From Actinomycetes bacterium (lineage in GTDB: Bacteria; Actinomycetota; Actinomycetes; Streptosporangiales; Streptosporangiaceae): a DNA stretch of 57,082 nt. Below the pieces are notes generated by a model, which worked only from the letters and a program-made list of their open reading frames with translations, had not been told where the DNA came from and made no database searches. This document shows, piece by piece, positions 1 to 9,177 of this stretch (within the stretch, counting starts at the first letter, position 1; each line of letters starts with the position of its first letter). The stretch lies in NCBI GenBank assembly GCA_003242605.2, contig QGUZ02000001.1:1-57082 (forward strand), in the 5' to 3' direction. The translations under genes and the position numbers were made by a program.

Positions 1-814
1 TCGCCACCCCGGTGGTGCCGATCTGCCGGTCGTGCCCGGCCCAGCCCGCGTCGGTCACCACCCGGGTGGCGCCGGTGGCCGCGCCGAGCCGCGCCCCGAC
101 CCGGGTGAGCAGCTCGAGCACGGCCCGGGCCGCGGCCGGGTCGCTGCTCGGCGGCACCAGCCCGGCGCCCGCGCCGAGCACGCGCCGCGCCTCGGCGAGG
201 TCCATCGTCGCCACGTCCGGCCCGAGCACCTCGATCGGCTCCACGTCCGGCCGCTCCGGCACCGGGCCCAGCTCGATGGGGGTCACCAAGGCGTCCCCGG
301 CCGGCTCGGCGGTGCGCGAGCCCGGCACCAGGGTCACCACGGCGGGGCCCTTCGCGGTGGCCGGGACGAGCAGCCGGTCGTCGAGCCGGGCCAGCTCGGC
401 GCGCACCTCCCCGTCGGCCCACTCGGCGCGGATCGCCTGCGCGAGCAGCGGCCGGCCGAGCACGGCGGCGAGCCGCGGCGCCAGGTCGCGCCCGTCCGGG
501 GAGGCGGGCAGCACCACCAGCGGGGAGGCGGCGACCACCGGGGCGAGCGCCTCGGCGAGCGCCCCGAACCGCACCGCGGCCCCGGTGTCGCACCACCAGA
601 TCCGCTCGGCCGCGGCCAGCTCCTTGGCCGCCCGCTCGGTGCCCGAGCCGACCACGATCGCCGCGCCGCCCGCCTCGGCCACGGCCTCGCCGGCCCCGGC
701 CGGCGGCGCCCCGTCCCGCGCCACCACCACGGCGACCGGCCGCCCGGCGAGCCCGGGCGGGGCCGTACGCGCGCTCACAGTGCCGTTCATAGGGCCGTTC
801 ATAGGGCCGTTCAT
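1..814 (-). CDS. Mycofactocin-associated electron transfer flavoprotein alpha subunit (3' end outside window)
   Basis: Not in the ORF track; translated by hand: MNGPMNGPMNGTVSARTAPP...DGRDLAPRLAA...LAEARRVLGAGAGL...GATRVVTDAGWAGHDRQIGTTGV, which contains ETF-alpha FAD-domain motifs. Start ATG overlaps the upstream stop (ATGA at 814-811). Confidence 0.85.
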   Translation of the reverse strand, partial: MNGPMNGPMNGTVSARTAPPGLAGRPVAVVVARDGAPPAGAGEAVAEAGGAAIVVGSGTERAAKELAAAERIWWCDTGAAVRFGALAEALAPVVAASPLVVLPASPDGRDLAPRLAAVLGRPLLAQAIRAEWADGEVRAELARLDDRLLVPATAKGPAVVTLVPGSRTAEPAGDALVTPIELGPVPERPDVEPIEVLGPDVATMDLAEARRVLGAGAGLVPPSSDPAAARAVLELLTRVGARLGAATGATRVVTDAGWAGHDRQIGTTGVA

Positions 815-820
815 AGGGCC
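782..820. repeat. 12-bp tandem repeat (GCCGTTCATAGG, about 3.25 copies) spanning the stop/start junction
   Basis: Read directly from the sequence; encodes MNGP-MNGP-MNG on the minus strand. Confidence 0.95.
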
Positions 821-2775
821 ACCGCCACTCGATGGCCCTCGACGACCGCGGCGTGCGCCCGGCGCGGGGCGAGGCAGTCGCCGACCCGGTGCACCGGGAA
901 CGGCGCGCCGCGCAGCGCGTGCCACAGCTCGTCCTCGGGCCGCTGGTGCACCGCGCACACCACCCAGTCCGCGGTGCGGGTCCGCTCGGTGCCGGTGGGG
1001 TGGTGCTGCAGGGTGAGCGTCACCCGGCCGTCGCCGGTCGCGGCGGCGCCCATCGGCACCAGGTCGGTGCTCTGCCGGATGCCGCGTTCGTGCGCCTTCA
1101 CGTTCCACGTCTCCAGGTCGAGGGTGATGCCGAGGTCCTGGCCGACCACCATGCCGGGCGTGACGATCTCCACGTCGCAGCCGCGGTCGGCGAGCAGCTC
1201 GGCGACCGAGGTCGCCTGGTGGAAGCCGAGCTCGTCGACGACCACCACCTGCCCGGACGGCCGGGCGCGGCCCTCGAGCACGTCGCGGACGTCGACCACC
1301 CGGTCGAGGTCGCCCGCCCACCACGGCCGGGCCGGGCGGGCGCCGGTGGCGAGGATCACCGCGTCCGGGTTCTCCGCCCGCAGCATCGCCACGTCGGCCG
1401 CCACACCGGTGCGCACGTCCACGCCGAGGTGGCGCGCCCGGGCGGCGAGGTTCCGGGTGAGGTCGAGGAACTCGGCCCGGGACGGCACCGACGCCGCCAC
1501 CGCCACCTGCCCGCCGAGCGTCGGCGCGCGCTCGTACAGCGTGACGTGGTGGCCGCGCTCGGCCGCGGTGACCGCGGCCTGCAGCCCGCCGGGGCCGCCG
1601 CCGACCACGAGCACCCGCCGGCCGCGGCGGCGCGGCTCGGGCAGCGGGACCGCCTCCCGGCCGGTGCGCGGGTTCTCGATGCAGCCGAGCCACCGGTTGA
1701 GGCCCATGCGGCCGACGCACTCCTGGTTGCACGACAGGCAGGTGCGGATGCGGTCGGCGTGCCCGGCGCGGGCCTTGGCGACGAAGTCGGGGTCGGCGAT
1801 CTGGCCGCGCACCACGCCGATCAGGTCGGCCTGGCCCTGCTGCAGCGCCCGGTCGGCCTGCAGCGGGTCCTTGAACCGGCCCACGCCGACCACGGGCAGC
1901 TTGACCGCGGCGCGGATCGCGCTCGGGATGAACATCGCGTACCCCGGCGGGATCCGCATGCTCGCCTCGATCATGTAGAGGGTCGAGGTGGCGACGCCGA
2001 TCGAGGTGTTGATGTAGTCGACCTTGCCGCTCGCCTCGACCATCCTCGCCACGGCCACGGCCTCGTCGATCGTGGTGCCGCCCTCGATCAGCTCGTCGCC
2101 GCAGAGCCGTACCCCGAGCACCTTGCCCGGGCCGATCACCTCGCGCACCGCGGCGACGATCTCCAGCAGCAGCCGGGCCCGGTTCTCCAGCGACCCGCCC
2201 CACCGGTCGGTGCGCTTGTTGGTCGCCGGGGAGAGGAAGCCGCGCACGATCGACGAGTGCGAGCACTGCAGCTCGACGCCGTCGAAGCCGCCCGCCATGC
2301 AGTGCCCGGCGACCTTCGCGTACCCGGCGATGATCTCCCGGATCTCGTGCTCCTCGACCGCCTTCGGCACCTCGCGGAACAGCGGGTCGGCGACCGGGCT
2401 CGGCGCCCACACCGGCAGCCGCGAGTACATGCCCGAGGCCTGGCCGCCGTTGTGGTTGATCTGGGCGAGGATCGGCACCCCGTGCGCGTGCACCGCCTCG
2501 GTGATCCGCCGGTAGCCGGGGATCACCTCCGGGTTGAAGCCGTGGATGAGCTTCTCGTACGGCCAGTCGGTGGGGTGGGTGGAGTGCTCCTCGGTGATGA
2601 TCATGCCGGCGCCGCCGGCGGCGCGGGCCGCGTAGTAGGCGGCGTGCTGCTCGCTCGGCAGCCCGTCCTCGGCGTAGTTGGTGAGGTGCGCCGAGAACAC
2701 GATCCGGTTCCGCAGCGTCAGCGGGCCCAGCCGCAGCGGGCTGAACAGGTACCGGTACCGGCCGGTTCCGCTCAT
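811..2775 (-). CDS. Mycofactocin system FadH/OYE family oxidoreductase 2
   Basis: MSGTGRYRYLFSPLRLG...NRIVFSAHLTNY TIM-barrel start, CLSCNQEC Fe-S motif, GGGPGG Rossmann motif. Real start is the ATG at 2775 (ATGA overlap), not the ORF-track 4830. Confidence 0.9.
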   Translation of the reverse strand: MSGTGRYRYLFSPLRLGPLTLRNRIVFSAHLTNYAEDGLPSEQHAAYYAARAAGGAGMIITEEHSTHPTDWPYEKLIHGFNPEVIPGYRRITEAVHAHGVPILAQINHNGGQASGMYSRLPVWAPSPVADPLFREVPKAVEEHEIREIIAGYAKVAGHCMAGGFDGVELQCSHSSIVRGFLSPATNKRTDRWGGSLENRARLLLEIVAAVREVIGPGKVLGVRLCGDELIEGGTTIDEAVAVARMVEASGKVDYINTSIGVATSTLYMIEASMRIPPGYAMFIPSAIRAAVKLPVVGVGRFKDPLQADRALQQGQADLIGVVRGQIADPDFVAKARAGHADRIRTCLSCNQECVGRMGLNRWLGCIENPRTGREAVPLPEPRRRGRRVLVVGGGPGGLQAAVTAAERGHHVTLYERAPTLGGQVAVAASVPSRAEFLDLTRNLAARARHLGVDVRTGVAADVAMLRAENPDAVILATGARPARPWWAGDLDRVVDVRDVLEGRARPSGQVVVVDELGFHQATSVAELLADRGCDVEIVTPGMVVGQDLGITLDLETWNVKAHERGIRQSTDLVPMGAAATGDGRVTLTLQHHPTGTERTRTADWVVCAVHQRPEDELWHALRGAPFPVHRVGDCLAPRRAHAAVVEGHRVAVAL

Positions 2776-4742
2776 CGTGCTCCTCCGGTGGCGAGTTCCA
2801 CGGCGCGGCGGCGGCCCTCGAGCACGGCCTCGAGCACGGTGCGCGGGGCGACGCAGTCCCCGGCGCGCGGCGTGCCGGGCCGGGCGAGGTAGAGCGTCTC
2901 CTCGGGAAGCTCGTAGCCGCAGTCGACGAGCACCGCGCAGGGCAGGCGGCGCCGCTCGCCGGTCCACACGTGCTCCACGGTGACGTGGCCGTCGCCGACC
3001 TCGCGCAGCCGGGAGCGCAGCACCCGCTCCACCCCGGCCCGCTGCAGCCGCGCGTTGGCGTCGGCGAGGTCGCCGGTGAGGGCGAGCTTGTTGCCCGCCG
3101 TACCGTCCGGCGTGATCAGCGCGACTCTGCGGCCGGCCGCGGCGAGCCACTCGGCGGCGGCGACCGCGATCGGGCCGCCGATCGGGTCGTCGAGCACCAC
3201 CGGGCCGTCCGGCAGCGCGGCCGGGCCGCGCTCGCACAACTCGCGCACGCCGAGCACGGTCACGGTGCCGTCCGGGCACTCGGGCCGCGGCCCGGGGCGG
3301 GCGCCGGTGGCGAGCACCACCTCGCCGTCCAGGTCGGCCGGGGTGGCCGCGACGCCGGTGTCGATGCGCACCCCGAGGCGGCGGCACTCGGCCTCCAGCC
3401 AGTCGGCGAGGCGGGCGAGCCGCTCCCGGAACGGGCCGCCGGTCGCGGCGAGCCGCAGCGCCCCGCCGGCGCGCTCGCGGGCCTCGACCACCCGCACCTT
3501 GCGGCCGAGCGTGGCGAGCACCCGGGCGCACTCGAGCCCGGCGGGCCCGGCGCCCACCACCAGCACCTCGCGGTCGCCGGCGGGGGACGCGGCGACGGCG
3601 GGCGCCTCGCCGGGGAGCGGGTCGAGGTAGGCGTCCTCGGTCTCGTGGCCGCTGCCCGGGTCGCCGATGCAGGTGACGATCGGGTTGCGGTTGTCCCGCA
3701 CCAGGCAGGTCTGGTTGCACAGCACGCACGGCCGCGCCCGGTCGGCGAGCCCGGCCCGGGCGAGCGCCACCAGCCGCGGCTCGGCGATCTGCGCCCGGGT
3801 CATCTCCACCAGGTCGGCCGCGCCCGCGTCGAGCGCGGCCTGCGCCGCGTCGAGGTCGACGACGCTGCCCTGCAGCGCCACCGGCACCCGGCCCGCGGCG
3901 GCCTTGCGCATCGCGTGGCACAGGTCGAGGTTGAAGTTCGGCGGGGTGTGCCCGTCGGGCCGGTAGGCGGAGGTGGCGAACGGCCCGCCGCGCACCACGG
4001 TGAGCAGGTCGATCGAGCCGGCGAGCGCGTCCACCTGGGCGGCGGCCTGCTCCGGGGTGACCCCGGCCCAGGGGGCGAGCTCGTCGCAGGACAGCCGCAG
4101 CGCGAGCACCCGTTCCGGGCCGATCGCCTCCCGCACCGCGGCGATCACCTCGCGGGTGAACTTGAGCCGGTCCTTGCCGTAGGCGTCGCCGCGCAGGTTG
4201 GTCAGCCCCGAGTGGAACTGGCGCAGCAGCGAGAACGCGCCCGCGTCGAGCTCCACCCCGTCGAGCCCGGCCGCGACCGCGCGGCGGGCGCCGTCGGCGA
4301 ACCCGGCGACCACCGCGTCGATCTGCTCCTGCTCCATCTCGGCCGGCATCTCCCGGCTGACCGCGTCGGCCACCGGCGAGGGCGCCCACAGCACCGACTG
4401 GGAGTAGGCGCTCGACCCCTGGGAGCCGGTGTGGCCGAGCCCGGCGAGCACCACGGTGCCGTACGGCCGGCACGCCTCGGCGATCGCCGCCCAGCCGGGC
4501 CCGCAGTCCGCGGCGAGCGGGGCGCGCTCGTAGGGGTGGTCGTCGGGGGTGACCGACGCGGTCTCCACCACGATCACCCCGGCGCCGCCGGCCGCCCGCC
4601 GCCGGTAGTAGGCGACGTGGCGGTCGGTGAGCGCGCGGCGGCGGCCCAGGTTCGTCACGTGCGGGCCGAAGATCACCCGCGAGGGGGCGGTACGGCCGGC
4701 CAGCCCGATCGGGTCGGTCAGCCTGGGGGACTCCTCGGTCAC
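2772..4742 (-). CDS. Mycofactocin system FadH/OYE family oxidoreductase 1
   Basis: SRVIFGPHVTNLG, CVLCNQTC, GAGPAGLE; paralog of the adjacent OYE; start overlaps the mftC stop. Confidence 0.9.
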   Translation of the reverse strand: MTEESPRLTDPIGLAGRTAPSRVIFGPHVTNLGRRRALTDRHVAYYRRRAAGGAGVIVVETASVTPDDHPYERAPLAADCGPGWAAIAEACRPYGTVVLAGLGHTGSQGSSAYSQSVLWAPSPVADAVSREMPAEMEQEQIDAVVAGFADGARRAVAAGLDGVELDAGAFSLLRQFHSGLTNLRGDAYGKDRLKFTREVIAAVREAIGPERVLALRLSCDELAPWAGVTPEQAAAQVDALAGSIDLLTVVRGGPFATSAYRPDGHTPPNFNLDLCHAMRKAAAGRVPVALQGSVVDLDAAQAALDAGAADLVEMTRAQIAEPRLVALARAGLADRARPCVLCNQTCLVRDNRNPIVTCIGDPGSGHETEDAYLDPLPGEAPAVAASPAGDREVLVVGAGPAGLECARVLATLGRKVRVVEARERAGGALRLAATGGPFRERLARLADWLEAECRRLGVRIDTGVAATPADLDGEVVLATGARPGPRPECPDGTVTVLGVRELCERGPAALPDGPVVLDDPIGGPIAVAAAEWLAAAGRRVALITPDGTAGNKLALTGDLADANARLQRAGVERVLRSRLREVGDGHVTVEHVWTGERRRLPCAVLVDCGYELPEETLYLARPGTPRAGDCVAPRTVLEAVLEGRRRAVELATGGAR

Positions 4743-6085
4743 GGCCGCTCCACACCGGACGCGACGCCCGCCACCGCCGCCTCCTCGGCCGGTCGCGGCG
4801 CGGGCAGACCGGCGAGCGGGTTCTCGTCACACGGCTTGGCCGGGGCGTGCGCGGGCGTCGCCGCGTGGGCGGGCTCGGGCAGCGGCATGCCGCTGAGCGG
4901 GTTCTCGTCGCACGGCTTGGCCGGGATCGCGGCCGGGGCGGCGGGGCGGCGCATGCCGATCGTCACCGGCACCGGCCCGCCGCGGCGGCGCGGCCTGGCG
5001 GTGCGGGAGTGGTCCTGCGACGGCTTGGGCGCGCTGCCCTCGGGGACCGTGGCGAGCGCGGCCTGGCCCGCGCCCCGCACGCACTCGGGGTCGGGGCCGT
5101 CGAGCGGCAGCCCGGTGAAGAACTTCGCCGCCATGCAGCCGCCCTGGCAGGCGTCGTAGTGGCCGCACGAGGCGCACGCGCCCGCGGCCTGCGGCCGGCG
5201 CAGCTCGCGGAAGAGCGGCGACTCCCGCCACACCTTGGCGAAGCCGCCCTCGTCGCGCACGTTCCCGGCGAGGAACGCCTCGTGGATGGCGAACGGGCAG
5301 GCGTACACGTCGCCGATCGGGTCGATGAGGCACACCACCCGGCCCGCGCCGCACATGTTGAGGCCCGGCAGCGCCTTGCCGTACGCGGACAGGTGGAAGA
5401 ACGAGTCGCCGGTGAGCACGTTGTCGCCGTGCGCCAGCAGCCACTCGTACAGCTGCCGCTGCTGCTCCGGCAGCGGGTGCAGCTCGTCCCAGGTGTCGGC
5501 GCCGCGGCCGGAGGGGCGCAGCCGGGTGATCCGCAGCTGCGCGCCGTACCGGTCGGCGATCGCCTTGAACTCGTCGAGCTGCGGGATGTTGTGGCGGGTG
5601 GCGACCACCGAGAGCTTGAAGCCGCGGAAGCCCGCCTCGGCGAGGTTCTCCATCGCCCGGATGGCGGTGGCGTACGAGCCGGGGCCGCGTACCGCGTCGT
5701 TCACCTCGGGGGTGGCGCCGTCGAGCGAGATCTGCACGTCGACGTAGTCGCTCTTGGCGAGCCGGGCGGCGATCTCCGGCGTGATGCGCACCCCGTTGGT
5801 GGAGAACTTCACGCCGACGTGGTGGCTGGTCGCGTAGTCGACGAGCTCCCAGAAGTCGGAGCGCACGGTCGGCTCGCCGCCGCCGATGTTGACGTAGAAG
5901 ACCTGCATGCGCTCCAGCTCGTCGATGACGGCCTTGCACTCGTCGGTGGTGAGCTCGCGCGGGTCGCGGCGGCCCGAGCTGGACAGGCAGTGGACGCAGG
6001 CGAGGTTGCAGGCGTAGGTGAGTTCCCAGGTGAGGCAGATCGGTGCGTCCAGACCGGCCTTGAAGTGGTCGACCAGGGCGGTCAT
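4739..6085 (-). CDS. mftC: Mycofactocin radical SAM/SPASM maturase
   Basis: LDAPICLTWELTYACNLACVHC (CxxxCxxC), SPASM cysteines CGAGRVVC...CASC...CQGGC; start ATG at 6085 overlaps the mftB stop. Confidence 0.97.
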   Translation of the reverse strand: MTALVDHFKAGLDAPICLTWELTYACNLACVHCLSSSGRRDPRELTTDECKAVIDELERMQVFYVNIGGGEPTVRSDFWELVDYATSHHVGVKFSTNGVRITPEIAARLAKSDYVDVQISLDGATPEVNDAVRGPGSYATAIRAMENLAEAGFRGFKLSVVATRHNIPQLDEFKAIADRYGAQLRITRLRPSGRGADTWDELHPLPEQQRQLYEWLLAHGDNVLTGDSFFHLSAYGKALPGLNMCGAGRVVCLIDPIGDVYACPFAIHEAFLAGNVRDEGGFAKVWRESPLFRELRRPQAAGACASCGHYDACQGGCMAAKFFTGLPLDGPDPECVRGAGQAALATVPEGSAPKPSQDHSRTARPRRRGGPVPVTIGMRRPAAPAAIPAKPCDENPLSGMPLPEPAHAATPAHAPAKPCDENPLAGLPAPRPAEEAAVAGVASGVERP

Positions 6086-6384
6086 GAGTCCTCCGAATCG
6101 GCGGGCCCGCGGCGACGCTCGACGATCATGTCGGTGCGGGCGAGCACGGCCAGGGCCTTGGCGTAGCGGGCGATCGCGGCGTCGCCGGTGACTCCGGCGG
6201 CGGCGCACGCGGCGCGGGCGGTGGGATGGGATCCCAGCGCCCGCACCACGTCGAGCAGCACCCGGTCCTTCAGAAACGACAGGCGCCTGGTGCCGAAGTG
6301 GTAGAGAAGTGCCCCGAAGGGCTCGGGGCGGACGGACACCTGCGGGTGCAGGTCCCAGGCCCGGTCGAGGTCGAAACCGTTCAT
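6082..6384 (-). CDS. mftB: Mycofactocin precursor-binding chaperone
   Basis: LHPQVSVRPEPFGALLYHFGTRRLSFLK signature; lies between mftA and mftC. Confidence 0.97.
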   Translation of the reverse strand: MNGFDLDRAWDLHPQVSVRPEPFGALLYHFGTRRLSFLKDRVLLDVVRALGSHPTARAACAAAGVTGDAAIARYAKALAVLARTDMIVERRRGPADSEDS

Positions 6385-6420
6385 CTCAGCGGCCCTTCGG
6401 GGTCGATGCGGGCGGCTGGA

Positions 6421-6531
6421 TCAGTACACGCCGCACATGCCGTCGATGGACACGTCCTCGACGAGCAGCTCGTCCTCGATCATCTCGGTCGACTCGACGG
6501 CCGAAGCGTTGAGCGCCGCGCTGTCGGACAT
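6421..6531 (-). CDS. mftA: Mycofactocin precursor peptide (36 aa)
   Basis: MSDSAALNASAVESTEMIEDELLVEDVSIDGMCGVY with the invariant IDGMCGVY C-terminus; SD-like AGAGGAG upstream. Confidence 0.98.
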   Translation of the reverse strand: MSDSAALNASAVESTEMIEDELLVEDVSIDGMCGVY

Positions 6532-6605
6532 GGCAGGCTCCTCTTGTGTACGTAGGGGCAGGTAGGGGCCCGGGCGGACGCGGCCCGGGGCGTGTTGCCC
6601 CATAT

Positions 6606-6626
6606 TTAACGCACTCGGTGCAAAAA
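6606..6626. promoter_or_regulatory. Probable MftR operator
   Basis: GCAC-TCG-GTGC inverted repeat (6611-6621) with AT-rich flanks between divergent mftA and mftR; resembles the GGCA-N5-TGCC MftR operator as I recall it from mycobacteria. Confidence 0.65.
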
Positions 6627-6640
6627 AGGGAAGGGGCAGG

Positions 6641-7270
6641 ATGGAGACGTCGCGACCGGTCGCCGTCGACCGGCCGGCGCGGGGCCGCAGGCAGCGCACG
6701 TCGCACGCCGAGCTGGAACGCGTCGCCTTCGGCCTGTTCGCGGAGAAGGGTTTCGACCAGACCACGATCGACGACATCGCCGAGGCCGCGGGGATCGGTC
6801 GCCGGACGTTCTTCAACTACTACGCCTCGAAGAACGACCTGGTCTGGGGCAGGTTCGAGCACGACGTGGCCCGGCTGCGGCGGCTGCTCGCCGCCGCGCC
6901 GCCGGACGTGCCGATCATGGACGCGCTGCGCCAGGCGGTGGTCGAGTTCAACACCTACGACGCCTCGGTCCTGCCCGAGCACCGCACCCGGATGCGCCTG
7001 ATCCTCAACGTGCCCGCGCTGCAGGCCGACTCCACCCTGCGCTACCACCTGTGGGCCGCGGCGGTCGCCGAGTTCGTCGCGCAGCGCACCGGGCACCCGG
7101 TCACCGGCCTCGTGCCGCGCCTCGTCGCGCAGACCGCGCTCGCCGCGGCGATCACCGCCTACCGGCAGTGGCTCGACGACGAGTCGAGCGACCTCACCGC
7201 GCTGATCGACGAGGCGATGCGGCTGATCGGCACCGGCTTCACCGACGAGGCCCTCACCGCCCGCGGCTGA
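6641..7270 (+). CDS. mftR: Mycofactocin system TetR-family regulator
   Basis: TetR HTH (GFDQTTIDDIAEAAGIGRRTFFNYYASKNDLVWG), VPALQADSTLRY C-terminal motif; divergent from mftA. Confidence 0.93.
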   Translation: METSRPVAVDRPARGRRQRTSHAELERVAFGLFAEKGFDQTTIDDIAEAAGIGRRTFFNYYASKNDLVWGRFEHDVARLRRLLAAAPPDVPIMDALRQAVVEFNTYDASVLPEHRTRMRLILNVPALQADSTLRYHLWAAAVAEFVAQRTGHPVTGLVPRLVAQTALAAAITAYRQWLDDESSDLTALIDEAMRLIGTGFTDEALTARG

Positions 7271-7306
7271 GGCACGGCGCCGCCGTACGCCGCCCGGGCC
7301 GCGCGG

Positions 7307-8095
7307 TCAGACGGTGAGCCCGCCGTCGACCGGGATGACCGCCCCGGTGCAGCCGGACCCGGCGGGGGAGCACAGCCAGCCGATCGCCTCGGCGACCTCG
7401 GCGGGCTCGAGCAGCCGGCGGGTCAGCTGCTGCTCGGCGAACTTCTCCTGGTCGGGCAGCCCGTAGACGGCGGCGCTCGCCTCGAGCATGGCGCCCCGGG
7501 TGGAGCCCGGGCAGATCGCGTTCGCGGTCACCCCGGTGCCGTCGAGGTCGGCGGCGAGCGCGCGCACGTACCCGATGACCGCGGCCTTCGCCGCCGAGTA
7601 CGCGCCGAGCTTGCGCATGCCGCGCAGGCCGGCGGCCGAGGCGACCGCGACGAACCGGCCGCGCCCGGCGGCGATCATGGCGGGCACGGTGGCCTCGGCG
7701 AGGCGGCGGGTGCCGTGCAGGTTGACGCGGAGCAGCGCCTCCCAGGCGTCGTCCGGGGTGGCCCAGGCGTCCGCGCCGTGGATGAGCCCGGCGACCGCGA
7801 TCGCGGCTGTGGGGGCGCGGCCGGCGAGCGTGCCGCGCACCAGCACGGGCAGCCGGGGGTCGGCGACGTCCGCGATCCGGGTGCGCACCCCGGCGGCGCC
7901 CGCCCGCAGGCACTCGTCGGCGACGGCCTCCAGGTCGTCGGGGTCCGGCATGGGGTAGGTGGCCGGCGGCTGCGGCCGGCACGCGTCGATGAGCAGCAGC
8001 GCCCAGCCGTCCCGCGCCAGCCGCAGCGCGGTCGCCGCGCCGATGCCGCGGGCCGCGCCCGTGATCACGGCGATGGGGGCGTCCTTGCCTGGCAT
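7307..8095 (-). CDS. SDR oxidoreductase, probably mycofactocin-coupled
   Basis: TGAARGIG, YSAAK; insertion loop after beta-2 (DACRPQPPATYPMPDPDDL) typical of mycofactocin-linked SDRs; adjacent to mftR. Confidence 0.85.
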   Translation of the reverse strand: MPGKDAPIAVITGAARGIGAATALRLARDGWALLLIDACRPQPPATYPMPDPDDLEAVADECLRAGAAGVRTRIADVADPRLPVLVRGTLAGRAPTAAIAVAGLIHGADAWATPDDAWEALLRVNLHGTRRLAEATVPAMIAAGRGRFVAVASAAGLRGMRKLGAYSAAKAAVIGYVRALAADLDGTGVTANAICPGSTRGAMLEASAAVYGLPDQEKFAEQQLTRRLLEPAEVAEAIGWLCSPAGSGCTGAVIPVDGGLTV

Positions 8096-8292
8096 CGCTT
8101 CTCTCCCTCCCCACCGGACGGCGCCTCCGCCGGAGACGCCCGGCACCCGGCCTGCCGCCGGGATCGGTGCACCGCAGGCCCGCGCCGTCCCCGCGGAAAC
8201 CGGGGAGCCGCCACGCCCGTCTCGTCCGCGCGGCCCGGCCCGGGCCGCGGACCATGATGGCATCGGCCCGTTCCGCGCCCGGACACGGGCCC

Positions 8293-8340
8293 CCGCGGGC
8301 CGCCGGTACGGCGCGGCCGGGCCGTACCGGCGGCTCGCGG
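8293..8340 (-). terminator. 20-bp GC-rich inverted repeat (19/20 match), probable terminator
   Basis: CCGCGGGCCGCCGGTACGGC ... GCCGTACCGGCGGCTCGCGG directly after the stop at 8341. Confidence 0.6.
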
Positions 8341-9177
8341 TCAGAGCGCGGGGGAGCGGCGGCGGGGCGGCGGGGTGCCGACGACGACCACGTCGTTGTC
8401 GAGGCGGACCAGCACGACCGTGCGGCTCCCGTCCCGCTCCCGGCGGAGGAACATGCACGCGTCCTCGCCGCAGGCGATCTGCCGCAGCTCCCCGTAGCGG
8501 TACCGGCAGCCGGAGCGGTCGTCCTCGGCCGCGGGAATGGGCAGGGCGAGGTCCCGCCCGGCGCACAGTGTCACGGGCCGCTGCCCGTCGACCTCGCCGG
8601 CGGCGGCGAGGCCGCTGTTGCGGGCGTAAACCCCCATGATCCACAGGGCCAGGAAGGTGTCGATGAGAATGATGCTGGCGGCGATCGCGCTCCCGGCGAG
8701 CGCGCTGAAGTGCACCGCGCGGCGGCAGAGGAACAGGCCGTAGGGCATGAGGTTGACGGCCGCCGCGACGAGCATCGGCGGCACCGGGTGGGTGGTGCTG
8801 AACACGTACAGGTCGGCCATTCCGATCGCGCCGAGCACCAGCGCGACGGAGCCGACGACGACGCACCCGGTCCCGATGGCGAGGCGCGCGCCGCGGGCGA
8901 GTCTCCGGATCCCGGCGTGCGCGAGGAACATCGCGAGACCGATCCCGGCGGTGAGGCCCACCGAGAGCGCGGCCGGTTTGATCCCTTTCTCGATGTAATC
9001 GGTGAACGTGGGGTTGAGCAGGCCCACGCTCATTCCGTAGTGCCGGGTCACGGCGTTGTAGCGGTGCAGGCCCATATACACCGCGAGGGCCACGAGGGTG
9101 GGTGCGGAGAAGAGCGGGATCAGCCACCGCGCCGCCCGCGACAGGTGGATGAGTATCTGGTCAGGGTCGTTCGGCAT
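8341..9177 (-). CDS. Hypothetical multi-pass membrane protein
   Basis: 278 aa with several hydrophobic segments and a soluble C-terminus (RYRYGELR); more A/T-ending codons than its neighbours. Confidence 0.7.
   Translation of the reverse strand: MPNDPDQILIHLSRAARWLIPLFSAPTLVALAVYMGLHRYNAVTRHYGMSVGLLNPTFTDYIEKGIKPAALSVGLTAGIGLAMFLAHAGIRRLARGARLAIGTGCVVVGSVALVLGAIGMADLYVFSTTHPVPPMLVAAAVNLMPYGLFLCRRAVHFSALAGSAIAASIILIDTFLALWIMGVYARNSGLAAAGEVDGQRPVTLCAGRDLALPIPAAEDDRSGCRYRYGELRQIACGEDACMFLRRERDGSRTVVLVRLDNDVVVVGTPPPRRRSPAL

Noticed and set aside
811-4830. 1339-aa ORF read as one giant fused oxidoreductase
   Set aside because: Its N-terminal half is an off-frame reading of OYE1; the real gene starts at 2775.
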